Under the pieces are notes generated by a model. That model saw nothing but the letters and a program-made list of their open reading frames with translations. It was not told the DNA's origin and ran no database searches. Shown one piece after another: positions 29,247-38,605 of a DNA stretch of 64,000 nt (within the stretch, counting starts at the first letter, position 1; every line of letters begins with the position of its first letter). Source of the stretch: an uncultured Clostridia bacterium. GTDB taxonomy: Bacteria > Bacillota > Clostridia > UMGS1883. The DNA lies in the NCBI GenBank assembly GCA_947589005.1, contig CANPZO010000006.1, positions 19,959 through 83,958 of the forward strand. The letters are read 5' to 3'. The position numbers and the translations under genes were made by a program.

Positions 29247-30422
29247 TTACTTTATTACTCTTACCTTTATGACTCCGTCCAGCTTGGCCAGCTCGTCGGC
29301 CACAGCGTCGGCGTTGCCGGACACGTCCATGATGGCGTAGGCGTTGTCGCCCTTGCTCTTATCCACCATGTTCTCGATGTTGATGCCCTTGGAGGCAAAA
29401 GCGTTGCTGAACTGAGAGAGCATATTGGGCACGTTCTTGTGCATGATGGTCACTCTCTCGCCCTCGCCCCGCGCAAGCTCGCAGGCGGGGAAGTTTACGG
29501 AATTGACGATGTTGCCGTTCTCCATAAAGTCGATGAGCTGCTGTGCGGCCATTACCGCGCAGTTGTCCTCGCTCTCCTCGGAGGACGCGCCAAGGTGAGG
29601 AATAGCGATAACGTTCTCCATCTCAAGCACCTCGGCGTCGGGGAAGTCGGTGACATAAACGGAAATGAGGCCCACCTCAAGAGCGGACTTGAGGGCCGCG
29701 TCGTCCACCAGTCCCCCGCGGGAGAAGTTGAGGAGCTTTGCGCCCTTCTTGACGGAGGTCTTGAACATTTCGGCGTTCATCATGCCCTTAGTCTCGGGGA
29801 GCAGGGGCAGATGAAGGGTGATATAGTCGGCGTCGGAAAGAGCGTCCTTTATCTCCTTGGCGATGGTGACATGGCTGTTGAGGCTGAGGGCGGACTTTAC
29901 GGAAACATAGGGGTCATAGCCCACTACCTTCATGCCCAGCGAATGGGCGGCGTTGGCCACAAGCACGCCTATGGCGCCCAGGCCGACAACGGCAAGGGTC
30001 TTGCCCTTTATCTCGCAGCCGGCAAAATTGCTCTTGCCTTTTTCTACCAGCTTGCCGACGGCCTCGCCCTCGCCCTTAAGGGTCTGGGCCCAGTTGATGC
30101 CGTCCACTATTTTTCTGGAAGCCAGCAGCAAGCCCGCGATGGTCAGCTCCTTAACTGCGTTGGCGTTGGCGCCGGGGGTGTTGAAAACCACTATGCCCTT
30201 CTCGGTGCACTTGTCGATGGGAATGTTGTTCACGCCGGCGCCGGCGCGGGCGACGGCCTTAAGGTTTTCGGGCAGCTCCATCTCGTGCATGGAAAAGCTG
30301 CGCAGAATTATGCAGTCGGGATTTTCGCACTCGCCGCTGACGGTGTACTTGGCCCTGTCAAAATTGTTGAGGCCGCAGGCGGCGATCTTGTTAAGCGTTA
30401 AGAGTTCATACATATCTTTCAA
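29247..30422 (-). CDS. serA: D-3-phosphoglycerate dehydrogenase
   Basis: GKTLAVVGLGAIG NAD motif and a C-terminal ACT-like region. Adjacent to serC. Confidence 0.9.
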   Translation of the reverse strand: MKDMYELLTLNKIAACGLNNFDRAKYTVSGECENPDCIILRSFSMHEMELPENLKAVARAGAGVNNIPIDKCTEKGIVVFNTPGANANAVKELTIAGLLLASRKIVDGINWAQTLKGEGEAVGKLVEKGKSNFAGCEIKGKTLAVVGLGAIGVLVANAAHSLGMKVVGYDPYVSVKSALSLNSHVTIAKEIKDALSDADYITLHLPLLPETKGMMNAEMFKTSVKKGAKLLNFSRGGLVDDAALKSALEVGLISVYVTDFPDAEVLEMENVIAIPHLGASSEESEDNCAVMAAQQLIDFMENGNIVNSVNFPACELARGEGERVTIMHKNVPNMLSQFSNAFASKGINIENMVDKSKGDNAYAIMDVSGNADAVADELAKLDGVIKVRVIK

Positions 30423-30490
30423 TTCTCCATTTCTGCCGCCAAAAAGCGGCTGTCCTTGGGTCGGAAAAGAAGCGGGGGCTGTTTTCCGGC

Positions 30491-31573
30491 TTACTTATTT
30501 TCGGCTTCAAACTTCTTCATGAACTCCACAAGCGCCTTTACGCCCTCCACGGGCATGGCGTTGTAGATGCTGGCGCGCATACCGCCCACGGTGCGGTGGC
30601 CCTTTATGTTCACAAAGCCGGCGGCCTTGGCCTCCTTGACGAACTTGGCGTCAAGCTCCTCATCGCCGGTAACGAAGGGGACGTTCATGAGAGAGCGGTC
30701 CTTGGGAACGACGGTGCCCTTGAACAGCTCGGAGCCGTCAAGATAGTCGTAAAGTATCTTGGCCTTTTCGACATTGACCTTCTCCATAGCCTCGATGCCG
30801 CCCATTTCCTTGAGCCACTCGAGAACCAGCTTGCAGATGTAGATGCACCAGCAGGGAGGAGTGTTGTAGAGAGAGCCGTTGTCGGCCATTATCTGATAGT
30901 TGAGCATGGTGGGAGTGATGTCCCGCTGCTTGCCGAGCATATCCTCACGGACGATAACGATGGTGACGCCCGCGGGAGCGACGTTCTTCTGAGCGCCGGC
31001 ATAGAGCATACCGAACTTGGAAACGTCTATCTTCTGCGAAAGTATGCAGGAGGAAATGTCGGCGATAAGGGGCACGTTACCTGTGTCGGGGAGCTCGGTA
31101 TAGCGTGTGCCGTAGATGGTGTTGTTGTATGTAATATGGAAGAAATCGGCCTCGGGGTCGAAGGTGGCGGGGTCAAGCTCGGGAATGTAGGAGAAGGTCT
31201 TGTCGGCGCTGGAAGCCACACGGTTCACCTTGCCGTACTTCTCAAACTCACTGGCGGCCTTCTTGGACCACTGACCGGTGATAACGCAGTCGCATTTGCC
31301 GCTTCCGTTAAGGAAGTTCAGGGGTATCATGGCGAACTGAGTGGAAGCGCCCCCCTGAAGGAACATTACCTTGTAGTTGTCGGGTATCTCCATAAGCTCA
31401 CGGAGAAGAGCCTCGGCCTCTTTGATGATAACGTCAAACTCCTTGCTGCGGTGGCTCATTTCCATTACGCTCTGGCCGCTGCCGCCCTGGTCGAGAAGCT
31501 CGGCCTGCGCCTTTTCAAGGACGGGCAGAGGGAGCATACTGGGGCCGGCGGAAAAATTATAAACTCTTGACAT
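30491..31573 (-). CDS. serC: phosphoserine aminotransferase
   Basis: [11 protein letters not shown]...GAQKN...[12 protein letters not shown]. Confidence 0.95.
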   Translation of the reverse strand: MSRVYNFSAGPSMLPLPVLEKAQAELLDQGGSGQSVMEMSHRSKEFDVIIKEAEALLRELMEIPDNYKVMFLQGGASTQFAMIPLNFLNGSGKCDCVITGQWSKKAASEFEKYGKVNRVASSADKTFSYIPELDPATFDPEADFFHITYNNTIYGTRYTELPDTGNVPLIADISSCILSQKIDVSKFGMLYAGAQKNVAPAGVTIVIVREDMLGKQRDITPTMLNYQIMADNGSLYNTPPCWCIYICKLVLEWLKEMGGIEAMEKVNVEKAKILYDYLDGSELFKGTVVPKDRSLMNVPFVTGDEELDAKFVKEAKAAGFVNIKGHRTVGGMRASIYNAMPVEGVKALVEFMKKFEAENK

Positions 31574-31607
31574 ATTTTTTGCCTCCTATTTAATTTACAT
31601 ATACAGT

Positions 31608-31636
31608 ATTATATGTCATATTTCCTTATTTGTCAA
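31608..31636 (-). promoter_or_regulatory. perfect consensus promoter TTGACA-17-TATAAT for serCA
   Basis: On the minus strand, -35 at 31631-31636 and -10 at 31608-31613. Confidence 0.6.
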
Positions 31637-31704
31637 TATTATTTGTTGATATTAATTGTCGGGTTTTTTAACACGAAAACGATGATATACTCGCCGCGCG
31701 GCGG

Positions 31705-32676
31705 TCAATTTTGGATAAATATCTGCTGCTCCCCGATAAGCGGATAGCTGACGAGAAGGTCGGAGTCCAGGTCCTCCCGGTGCATATCCACGCCGGTGAT
31801 GCGGCTGTTTTCGTAGGTGGTATAGTAATAGACGCCCCTGTCGGTGTTGCAGCAGGAGGAGTAGATGGTGTACTCGTATCCGTGCTCCACCTTGCAGCAG
31901 CCCTTCTGCTGGGCCACCGAGGCCAGAATGTGGAAGAACTGGCTGACGCTTTCGCTCTCGGAGTCGCCGGAGAGGGAATTCATTCTGGTGAAGGCGGCCT
32001 TGACAAAGCGCGAGGCCGACGAAAGGTCGCCGGGCAGCCCCAGGCCGCCCATGCCGCGGCTGTAGGGCGCGAGCCCGAGCCCGGGAGCGAAGCTGTTTTT
32101 CGGGTCGGCGGGAGAAAGGCTCATATAATTGGCAAGATTTGTCATGTGGTAGTCGAAGGTTGGGTTGTTGGTCAGCACGCCCACCGGGTCGTCGTAGACC
32201 TTGAGGCCGTCCTTTACCTGCTCCGCCACTATGCTCCCGTTCCGGTCGGATATTATCCAGTGCAGGGGCGACAGGGGCAGGCTGGGGCTGAAATCCTCGT
32301 CAAGCAAATTCAGCCGGGAGAGCTTGACCCGAGCCTCGTCCACCGTGGCGCAGTCGCCCAATATCCACGGTATGAACTCAAAGGGCGCCACATTGTCCAT
32401 GCCCTCGGCCTCGGGCTTGTAGTCGGCGTTGGAGGGGAAATTCAGCCCCGCCATGCTGAGGCCCTTTTCGTTGGTGGCGTCATAGTAAAGGGGATAGTTT
32501 TCCTGAACAAAGGCCATGCCTATCATGGCGTAGTGGGTCCTCATCTCCCCCATTCTGCGGAAAACAAAGGGGTAATTCCTGGGCGTGACCGTAACGGTCT
32601 GATTGTACGCGAACTCATAGTCGAGATTGCGTCCGAAATAGTGGTCCCTGGTCTTATATGTGGCCGCCGTGCACAT
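31705..32676 (-). CDS. choloylglycine hydrolase family Ntn-hydrolase (bile salt hydrolase-like)
   Basis: MCTAATYKT...YFGRNLDYE with catalytic Cys2. ~320 aa. Confidence 0.85.
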   Translation of the reverse strand: MCTAATYKTRDHYFGRNLDYEFAYNQTVTVTPRNYPFVFRRMGEMRTHYAMIGMAFVQENYPLYYDATNEKGLSMAGLNFPSNADYKPEAEGMDNVAPFEFIPWILGDCATVDEARVKLSRLNLLDEDFSPSLPLSPLHWIISDRNGSIVAEQVKDGLKVYDDPVGVLTNNPTFDYHMTNLANYMSLSPADPKNSFAPGLGLAPYSRGMGGLGLPGDLSSASRFVKAAFTRMNSLSGDSESESVSQFFHILASVAQQKGCCKVEHGYEYTIYSSCCNTDRGVYYYTTYENSRITGVDMHREDLDSDLLVSYPLIGEQQIFIQN

Positions 32677-32697
32677 TTTTCTTTTCCTCCTGTTTAA

Positions 32698-33297
32698 TTA
32701 TTCAAAGGGGCGGATGCGGTAAGTTACGCCCAATTTACGGCATATCTCGGCGCAGCGTCCCTCCTCGTCACTGGTAATGGTGGTGCCCACCGTGCTAAGC
32801 GTCACCCTGGGCACGTAGTCCTTGACCCTGCCGGCAAAGCTCAGCATGGCCTCGAACGAGCCGGGGCCGAACCTGCTCCGCGTCAGCCGCAGATATTCCT
32901 CCGGCTCGGGGGTGTTGAGGCTGATGGAGACCGCGTCCACACCGGCGAAATCCGCCGCCGTGTCGCGGCCGTTGATAAGGTCGGACAGGCCGTTGGTATT
33001 GACGCGGACAGGTATGTCGGAAACGCTTTTGACATATTTTGTAATTTCAACTATCGCGTCCAGCCGCTCCGTCGGTTCGCCAAAGCCGCAGAACACCAGC
33101 TCTCCGTAGGCGGACAGGTCGTATTTGTCAAGCTCGGCCCTGACCTCGTCCACGGTGGGCTCATGCTCCAGCCAAAGGCTGCCGCTGCCGTCCATCTCGT
33201 CCTTGGTCTGCCGCAGGCAGAAGGTGCAGCGGCACGGGCAGCGGTTGGTGAGATTTACATAGAGGTTGCCTCGATAGGGATAAAGCACGGTCTGCAT
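32698..33297 (-). CDS. small radical SAM protein
   Basis: A CxxxCxxC cluster lies within NRCPCRCTFC. The ATG at 33297 (GGGAG RBS) is preferred because the longer ORF overlaps the tRNA terminator. Confidence 0.7.
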   Translation of the reverse strand: MQTVLYPYRGNLYVNLTNRCPCRCTFCLRQTKDEMDGSGSLWLEHEPTVDEVRAELDKYDLSAYGELVFCGFGEPTERLDAIVEITKYVKSVSDIPVRVNTNGLSDLINGRDTAADFAGVDAVSISLNTPEPEEYLRLTRSRFGPGSFEAMLSFAGRVKDYVPRVTLSTVGTTITSDEEGRCAEICRKLGVTYRIRPFE

Positions 33298-33324
33298 AAT
33301 AATCTCCCTTTCCGGTACTATAGT

Positions 33325-33349
33325 AAAAAGCGCCATAGGCTGGCGCTTT
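33325..33349 (-). terminator. intrinsic terminator after tRNA-Tyr
   Basis: GCGCCA/TGGCGC stem followed by a U-run on the minus strand. Confidence 0.65.
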
Positions 33350-33434
33350 TGGTGGAGGAGGGTGGATTCGGACCACCGAAGTCAGTGACAACAGATTTAC
33401 AGTCTGCCCCCTTTGGCCGCTCGGGAACTCCTCC
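33350..33434 (-). tRNA. tRNA-Tyr (anticodon GUA), long variable arm
   Basis: Hand-folded. Anticodon loop CTGTAAA, CCA encoded. Confidence 0.85.
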
Positions 33435-33448
33435 GTATTCAAATAATG

Positions 33449-33524
33449 TGGAGCCGGCAATAGGACTCGAACCTACGACCTGCTGATTACAAATCAGCTG
33501 CTCTACCAACTGAGCTACGCCGGC
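33449..33524 (-). tRNA. tRNA-Thr (anticodon UGU)
   Basis: Hand-folded, 76 nt. Anticodon loop TTTGTAA, CCA encoded. Confidence 0.9.
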
Positions 33525-33666
33525 AGGCATTGACCCCGAACAATAGATATGATACCACAAACTCGTCCGTTTGTCAAGAGTTTTTTTAAAAAATTTACGG
33601 CAGCGCCGCGCGGGGAGCCCGAGGGGGACTCAGCCCTGCGCGGCATTGCCGCGGCGGGCGGAACAT

Positions 33667-34143
33667 CTACCGTTCTATCGCCATTATCTCATAGTTGATA
33701 ACGCCGTCGGGCACCTCCACGGGCACTATATCCCCGACCTTTTTGCCCAGAAGAGCCTTGCCTACGGGACACTCGTCGGATATCTTGCCCTCCTCGGGGT
33801 TGGACTCGGTGGAGCCCACGATGGCGTATATATCTTCCTCGCCGCTTTCGGCGTCCTTTATCCTGACGGTGGAGCCCACGGTCACGGCGCTGGTGTCGGT
33901 GGTGTTGTCGTCGATTATCTTCACGTTGACCAGCATGGCCTCTATTTCGGATATCCGCTGTTCAATGGCGGCCTGCTCCTCCTTGGCCTCGTCGTACTCG
34001 CTGTTCTCCGACAAATCACCGAAGGAACGCGCGCGCTTGATGGCCTCCTTGTTTTCCTGACGGCGGACGGTCTTAAGGTTTTCCAGCTCGTCCTGAAGGC
34101 GCTTCAGGCCGTCGTTTGTAAGTAATACCTGTTTTGCAGCCAT
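33667..34143 (-). CDS. greA: transcription elongation factor GreA
   Basis: LTNDGLKRLQDELENLK...SENSEYDEAKEEQ... ATG 34143 preferred. Confidence 0.9.
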   Translation of the reverse strand: MAAKQVLLTNDGLKRLQDELENLKTVRRQENKEAIKRARSFGDLSENSEYDEAKEEQAAIEQRISEIEAMLVNVKIIDDNTTDTSAVTVGSTVRIKDAESGEEDIYAIVGSTESNPEEGKISDECPVGKALLGKKVGDIVPVEVPDGVINYEIMAIER

Positions 34144-34180
34144 GAAAAAAACTCCTCTCAAATTCTACATTAGTATTATT

Positions 34181-34882
34181 TTACATCAAATTTGTCCCGA
34201 TGTCAAGATATAAAATTTTATCTCCGTGATCTTTTGAGATTTTTCCGCGCCGCGGCAGCGGCAGGCCGGCGAAGGCGTAAAGCTCCGCCGTGGGCGAAAG
34301 GCCGAGCTCATCCTCCAAAAAGTCCAGCGGCCCGCCGTAAAATTTGAGTCTGTCTATGCGGCGCAGGTCCACGCTCATCACTCCCGGCGGCGTCCGGCCG
34401 TCCTCTGTCACGCAGAGGGCGGTGGCCCCTATCCTGCTGGCCGGCGTGGACAGGCGGCGGAGGATAATGCCCCTGTCAAAGTAAAGCCGGTCAAAGACCT
34501 CCTGCTTTCCTGTCTCGCGGGTTATCACCGAAAAAAGCTTTGCGCAGTCGGAGCAAAGTCCGATTATCTCGGCGGCCCGCTCCGGCGCCATGGAGAGATA
34601 CAGCTCCCCCACCGGCAAAGACGCAAGGCCCCTCAAAATATGGGGCAGCCGGCCGAGGGCCTCGGTCCCCTCCGGCACGTAGGCGGAGGCCCGTTCTCCG
34701 GCGGCCCCGTGGAGCGACGGTGCGAGGGCCGCCCTTGTCACTCCCTTTTTTTGCAGCCTTTTCAGGGAACGCAGATTTTTGAGGTAATATATCTCCGCGT
34801 CTCCCCTGCTCTCCTGCCTCGGCGCCGGGGAAAAAACGCCGCCCGGCTTCCGGGCGGCAAGAACTGTCAACATTCGCATCAC
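34181..34882 (-). CDS. hypothetical protein
   Basis: The only long ORF in this interval and co-oriented with its neighbours. No motif recognised. Start uncertain. Confidence 0.4.
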   Translation of the reverse strand: MMRMLTVLAARKPGGVFSPAPRQESRGDAEIYYLKNLRSLKRLQKKGVTRAALAPSLHGAAGERASAYVPEGTEALGRLPHILRGLASLPVGELYLSMAPERAAEIIGLCSDCAKLFSVITRETGKQEVFDRLYFDRGIILRRLSTPASRIGATALCVTEDGRTPPGVMSVDLRRIDRLKFYGGPLDFLEDELGLSPTAELYAFAGLPLPRRGKISKDHGDKILYLDIGTNLM

Positions 34883-34920
34883 CGAACTAAGTATATGCGC
34901 GGCTCGGCGGATTATGCGTT

Positions 34921-37551
34921 CTATTTTAAATTATTCAGGCTTTCGAGCACCTTGGCGTACATTTCTCTGTACTTTTCGCCCTTGGCCTTTTCCTCGTCTA
35001 TCTTTTTCTGCGGGGCCTTGGACACGAAGCCGGGATTGCCCAGCATTTTCTCGACGCGGGCTATCTCGCCCTCGAGACGGGCCTTTTCGCTCTCGAGGCG
35101 CAGGCGCTCCTTCTCCACGTCGATGAGGTCCTCAAGGGGAATGAATATCCTGGCGCCCTCGACCACGACGCTTACGGCCCCGTCCGGAACGCCGCTCTCA
35201 TCCGACTGGATAGACACGTCCCTCGCCCCGGCCAGCTTTTCGAAAAAGCTCACGCCCTTGCCGAAAAGCTCGGGCTTGTCAGTGACGATGAACATTCCGG
35301 CCCTGCGGGAGGGGGGGACGTTCATGCCGGTGCGGACGTTGCGGACGCTGCGTATGGCCTCGCAGATGACCTCCATGGTCCGCTCGTCCTCGGGGAAGGA
35401 CAGCGCCGGGTCGTATTTGGGCCAGGCGGCGGTGACGATGGTCTCGTCCTCCACGGGGAGAGAGCAGTAAATTTCCTCGGTGATAAAGGGCATAAAGGGG
35501 TGGAGCAGCTTCATCACGTCGGCCAGCACCCACACCAGTGTCCGCTGGGCGTCCAGCTTGCTCTCCTCGTCCGCGCCGTAAAGCCGGGGCTTCACAAGCT
35601 CGATATACCAGTCGCACACCTCGTCCCATACGAAATCATAAATATTGCTCAGGGCCACGCCCAGCTCGAAGCTGTCGAGGTTGTCGGTGACGTTCCTTAT
35701 CACCGTGTTCAGGCGGGAGAGTATCCACTTGTCCTCGGTTTTGGGGGCGTGGGGCAGCTCGCGCCGGTCAATTTCAAGGTTCATCAGCACGAAGCGGGCG
35801 GCGTTCCATATCTTATTGGCAAAGTTGCGGCTGGCCTCCACCCGCTCCATGTAAAAGCGCATATCGTTGCCGGGGGCGTTGCCGGTGGCAAGGGTGAAGC
35901 GCAGGGCGTCGGCGCCGTATTTGTCGATTATCTCGAGGGGGTCGATTCCGTTGCCCAGGGATTTGCTCATCTTGCGGCCCTGACTGTCGCGGACAAGGCC
36001 GTGGATGAACACGGTTTTAAAGGGAACGCTGTGCATATGCTCACAGCTGCTGAATATCATTCTGGCGACCCAGAAGAAAATGATGTCGTAGCCGGTGACG
36101 AGGGTGCTGGTGGGGAAGAAATACTTAAGCTCCTCCGTCTCCTCAGGGAAGCCCAACGTCGAGAAGGGCCACAGCGCCGAGGAGAACCACGTGTCGAGCA
36201 CGTCCTCCTCCTGACGGACATGGCCGCCGCACTTGGGACAGGCGGTTATGTCCTCCTTGGAGACCGTCATTTCGCCGCAGTCGTCGCAGTAGAAGGCCGG
36301 AATACGGTGGCCCCACCAGAGCTGGCGGCTGATGCACCAGTCGTGCACGTTTTCCATCCAGTTGAGGTAGGTCTTGGTGAAGCGTTCGGGCACGAACCTT
36401 ACCTCGCCGTCCTTCACCACCCTGATGGCCTCCTTGGCCAGGGGCGCCATGCTGACGAACCACTGGTCGCTGGTCAAGGGCTCGACGGTGGTGCCGCAGC
36501 GGTAGCAGTGGCCCACGTTGTGGCTGTGGTTCTCCACCTTTACCAGCGCGCCGCACTCCTCAAGGTCGGCCACTATCCGCTTTCTGGCCTCGTAGCGGTC
36601 AAGGCCCTCGTATTTTCCGCCGTTTTTATTGATGGTGGCGTCGTCGTTCATAACATTGATGACCGGCAGGCCGTGGCGCTTGCCAACCTCGAAGTCGTTG
36701 GGGTCGTGGGCGGGGGTTATCTTTACCGCGCCGGTGCCGAAGTCCTTTTCCACGTACTCGTCGGCCACGATGGGTATCTCGCGGCCCACAAGGGGAAGGA
36801 TGCAGGTTTTGCCCACAACGTCCTTATACCGCTCGTCGTCGGGGTGGACGGCGATGGCCGTGTCGCCCAGCATTGTCTCGGGACGGGTGGTGGCCACGGT
36901 GATGTAGCCGTCGGTGCCGGTTATTTGGTAGCGCACATGCCAGAAATGGCCGGGCTGGTCGCTGTACTCCACCTCCGCGTCGGAGAGGGCGGTGGTACAG
37001 CTGGGGCACCAGTTGATTATCTTGTTGCCCCGATATATAAGGCCCTTGTTGTAAAGGTTGACAAAAACCTCCCTTACGGCCTTGGAGCAGCCCTCGTCCA
37101 TGGTGAACCTTTCCCTGTCCCAGTCGCAGGAGCTGCCGATTTTTTTGAGCTGGTTTATTATGCGGCTGCCGAACTTATTTTTCCAGTCCCACACCCGCTC
37201 CAAAAACTTTTCGCGGCCCAAATCGTAGCGGGTCAGGCCCTCCTCCTTGCGGAGCGCCTCCTCCACCTTAATCTGGGTGGCGATGCCGGCGTGGTCGGTG
37301 CCGGGTATCCAAAGGGCGTTGTAGCCCTGCATCCGCTTGAAGCGGATGAGAATGTCCTGGAGAGTTTCGTCCAGGGCGTGGCCCATATGGAGCTGGCCCG
37401 TAACATTGGGCGGCGGGATAACTATGGTGTAGGGCTCCTTTTCGGGGTCCGGCTCGGCGTGGAAGCAGCCGCTCTCCACCCACTTGGAATAGAGACGGTC
37501 CTCTATTTCAGCGGGATTATAGGTTTTTTCAAGGTTTTTCATTGGAGTCAT
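34921..37551 (-). CDS. valS: valine--tRNA ligase
   Basis: [15 protein letters not shown] (HIGH) and KMSKSLGN (KMSKS) motifs, plus a C-terminal coiled coil. Confidence 0.95.
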   Translation of the reverse strand: MTPMKNLEKTYNPAEIEDRLYSKWVESGCFHAEPDPEKEPYTIVIPPPNVTGQLHMGHALDETLQDILIRFKRMQGYNALWIPGTDHAGIATQIKVEEALRKEEGLTRYDLGREKFLERVWDWKNKFGSRIINQLKKIGSSCDWDRERFTMDEGCSKAVREVFVNLYNKGLIYRGNKIINWCPSCTTALSDAEVEYSDQPGHFWHVRYQITGTDGYITVATTRPETMLGDTAIAVHPDDERYKDVVGKTCILPLVGREIPIVADEYVEKDFGTGAVKITPAHDPNDFEVGKRHGLPVINVMNDDATINKNGGKYEGLDRYEARKRIVADLEECGALVKVENHSHNVGHCYRCGTTVEPLTSDQWFVSMAPLAKEAIRVVKDGEVRFVPERFTKTYLNWMENVHDWCISRQLWWGHRIPAFYCDDCGEMTVSKEDITACPKCGGHVRQEEDVLDTWFSSALWPFSTLGFPEETEELKYFFPTSTLVTGYDIIFFWVARMIFSSCEHMHSVPFKTVFIHGLVRDSQGRKMSKSLGNGIDPLEIIDKYGADALRFTLATGNAPGNDMRFYMERVEASRNFANKIWNAARFVLMNLEIDRRELPHAPKTEDKWILSRLNTVIRNVTDNLDSFELGVALSNIYDFVWDEVCDWYIELVKPRLYGADEESKLDAQRTLVWVLADVMKLLHPFMPFITEEIYCSLPVEDETIVTAAWPKYDPALSFPEDERTMEVICEAIRSVRNVRTGMNVPPSRRAGMFIVTDKPELFGKGVSFFEKLAGARDVSIQSDESGVPDGAVSVVVEGARIFIPLEDLIDVEKERLRLESEKARLEGEIARVEKMLGNPGFVSKAPQKKIDEEKAKGEKYREMYAKVLESLNNLK

Positions 37552-37566
37552 CCTCTCGATATATTG

Positions 37567-37791
37567 TTATGACAGATATACTGTAATTATAAATCCGACA
37601 GCGACTATGGCCAGTCCCGCCAGCTTCACGGGCAGGACGCTTTCGTCATTTGCCGGACTGCCTTTGATTTTGGATATTATGGGTCTCGCGCCAAAGCAGA
37701 CCGTACCGCCTAAGACCATAATGCACAGCCCCAGTATGGAAAAAAAGTTGATATTCGGACCGGTGAATATACGGCTTAATATGGCGACCAT
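37567..37791 (-). CDS. small membrane protein
   Basis: Two hydrophobic segments. Ends 15 nt upstream of valS. Confidence 0.5.
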   Translation of the reverse strand: MVAILSRIFTGPNINFFSILGLCIMVLGGTVCFGARPIISKIKGSPANDESVLPVKLAGLAIVAVGFIITVYLS

Positions 37792-37811
37792 CCCCTTTCA
37801 CAAGCTCATAA

Positions 37812-38153
37812 TCATTGAGCGAGAATATTGCTTATATTTGACCTCAGCTCCGGCAAATCCTCCACTATGGTATCCCAAGCCGAGCGCAAATCAAGATTGA
37901 AATACTGGTGAGCAAATATGTCCCTTATACCGCACCACTCTCTCCACGGTATTTCCGGATGTCCTTCCCTTGCCTCGGGAGAAAGAGCTTTGCACAGTTC
38001 GCCTATTTGCAACACGCACATACAGCAGGCATTTTGAAACACCGAAGAAGCGGCAAAGGTATCGTAGTCCTTTCCGAACATGGCCTCCGCTTCCTCCACC
38101 TGACGGCAGTAGTCCAGTATTTTCTTAAATATAACGACATCCTTACTCTTCAT
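37812..38153 (-). CDS. hepT: HepT-like (DUF86) RNase toxin
   Basis: The RDIFAHQY sequence matches the Rx4HxY motif. Overlaps the upstream MntA gene. Confidence 0.8.
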   Translation of the reverse strand: MKSKDVVIFKKILDYCRQVEEAEAMFGKDYDTFAASSVFQNACCMCVLQIGELCKALSPEAREGHPEIPWREWCGIRDIFAHQYFNLDLRSAWDTIVEDLPELRSNISNILAQ

Positions 38154-38433
38154 AAAGCAAAACTTCCGTTCCTGATATTTCTTTGCGGAAATCCGACGCT
38201 ATACCGGCGGTGGTGATAAGGTCCACCGGCAGCTTCAACACGTCCTGACAGCGTTGACGCATACCCGACAGCTTCAAAAGAGACATCGGGCCGCCCTTTT
38301 CTATAAGCAGATCCACATCGCTGTCCGCGCGGGCCCGGCCGGTGGCCTGCGACCCGAAAAGATACACACGCTTAACCCCGTATTCACGGGCGATGGGCGC
38401 AACGAGTTCGCGTATTTGAGCTATGCTTGCCAT
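38143..38433 (-). CDS. mntA: MntA-type nucleotidyltransferase antitoxin
   Basis: LFGSQATGRARADSDVDLLI is the minimal NTase motif. Confidence 0.85.
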   Translation of the reverse strand: MASIAQIRELVAPIAREYGVKRVYLFGSQATGRARADSDVDLLIEKGGPMSLLKLSGMRQRCQDVLKLPVDLITTAGIASDFRKEISGTEVLLYEE

Positions 38434-38537
38434 ACTGGAGCCTCCCTTTATTTTGCTATCAACAAATTATATCATACAACGCTGGATTTTGCAAGGGTAA
38501 AATCGGAAAAAATTTATAGTTTTCACATATATTTGCC

Positions 38538-38566
38538 TTGCAAATATGTATAAAATGGTGTATAAT
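38538..38566 (+). promoter_or_regulatory. promoter TTGCAA-17-TATAAT for the GH30 gene, with an 8-bp IR over the -35
   Basis: -35 at 38538-38543 and -10 at 38561-38566. ATATTTGC-CTT-GCAAATAT palindrome. Confidence 0.55.
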
Positions 38567-38605
38567 GTTTTTATGGTATAAACTCTGAAAAAAGGAGACG
38601 AAAAA

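Noticed and set aside
37552-37811. A T-box leader expected upstream of valS.
   Set aside because: Only 15 nt separate valS from the preceding small membrane-protein gene. No specifier hairpin, T-box sequence or terminator/antiterminator could be read there.
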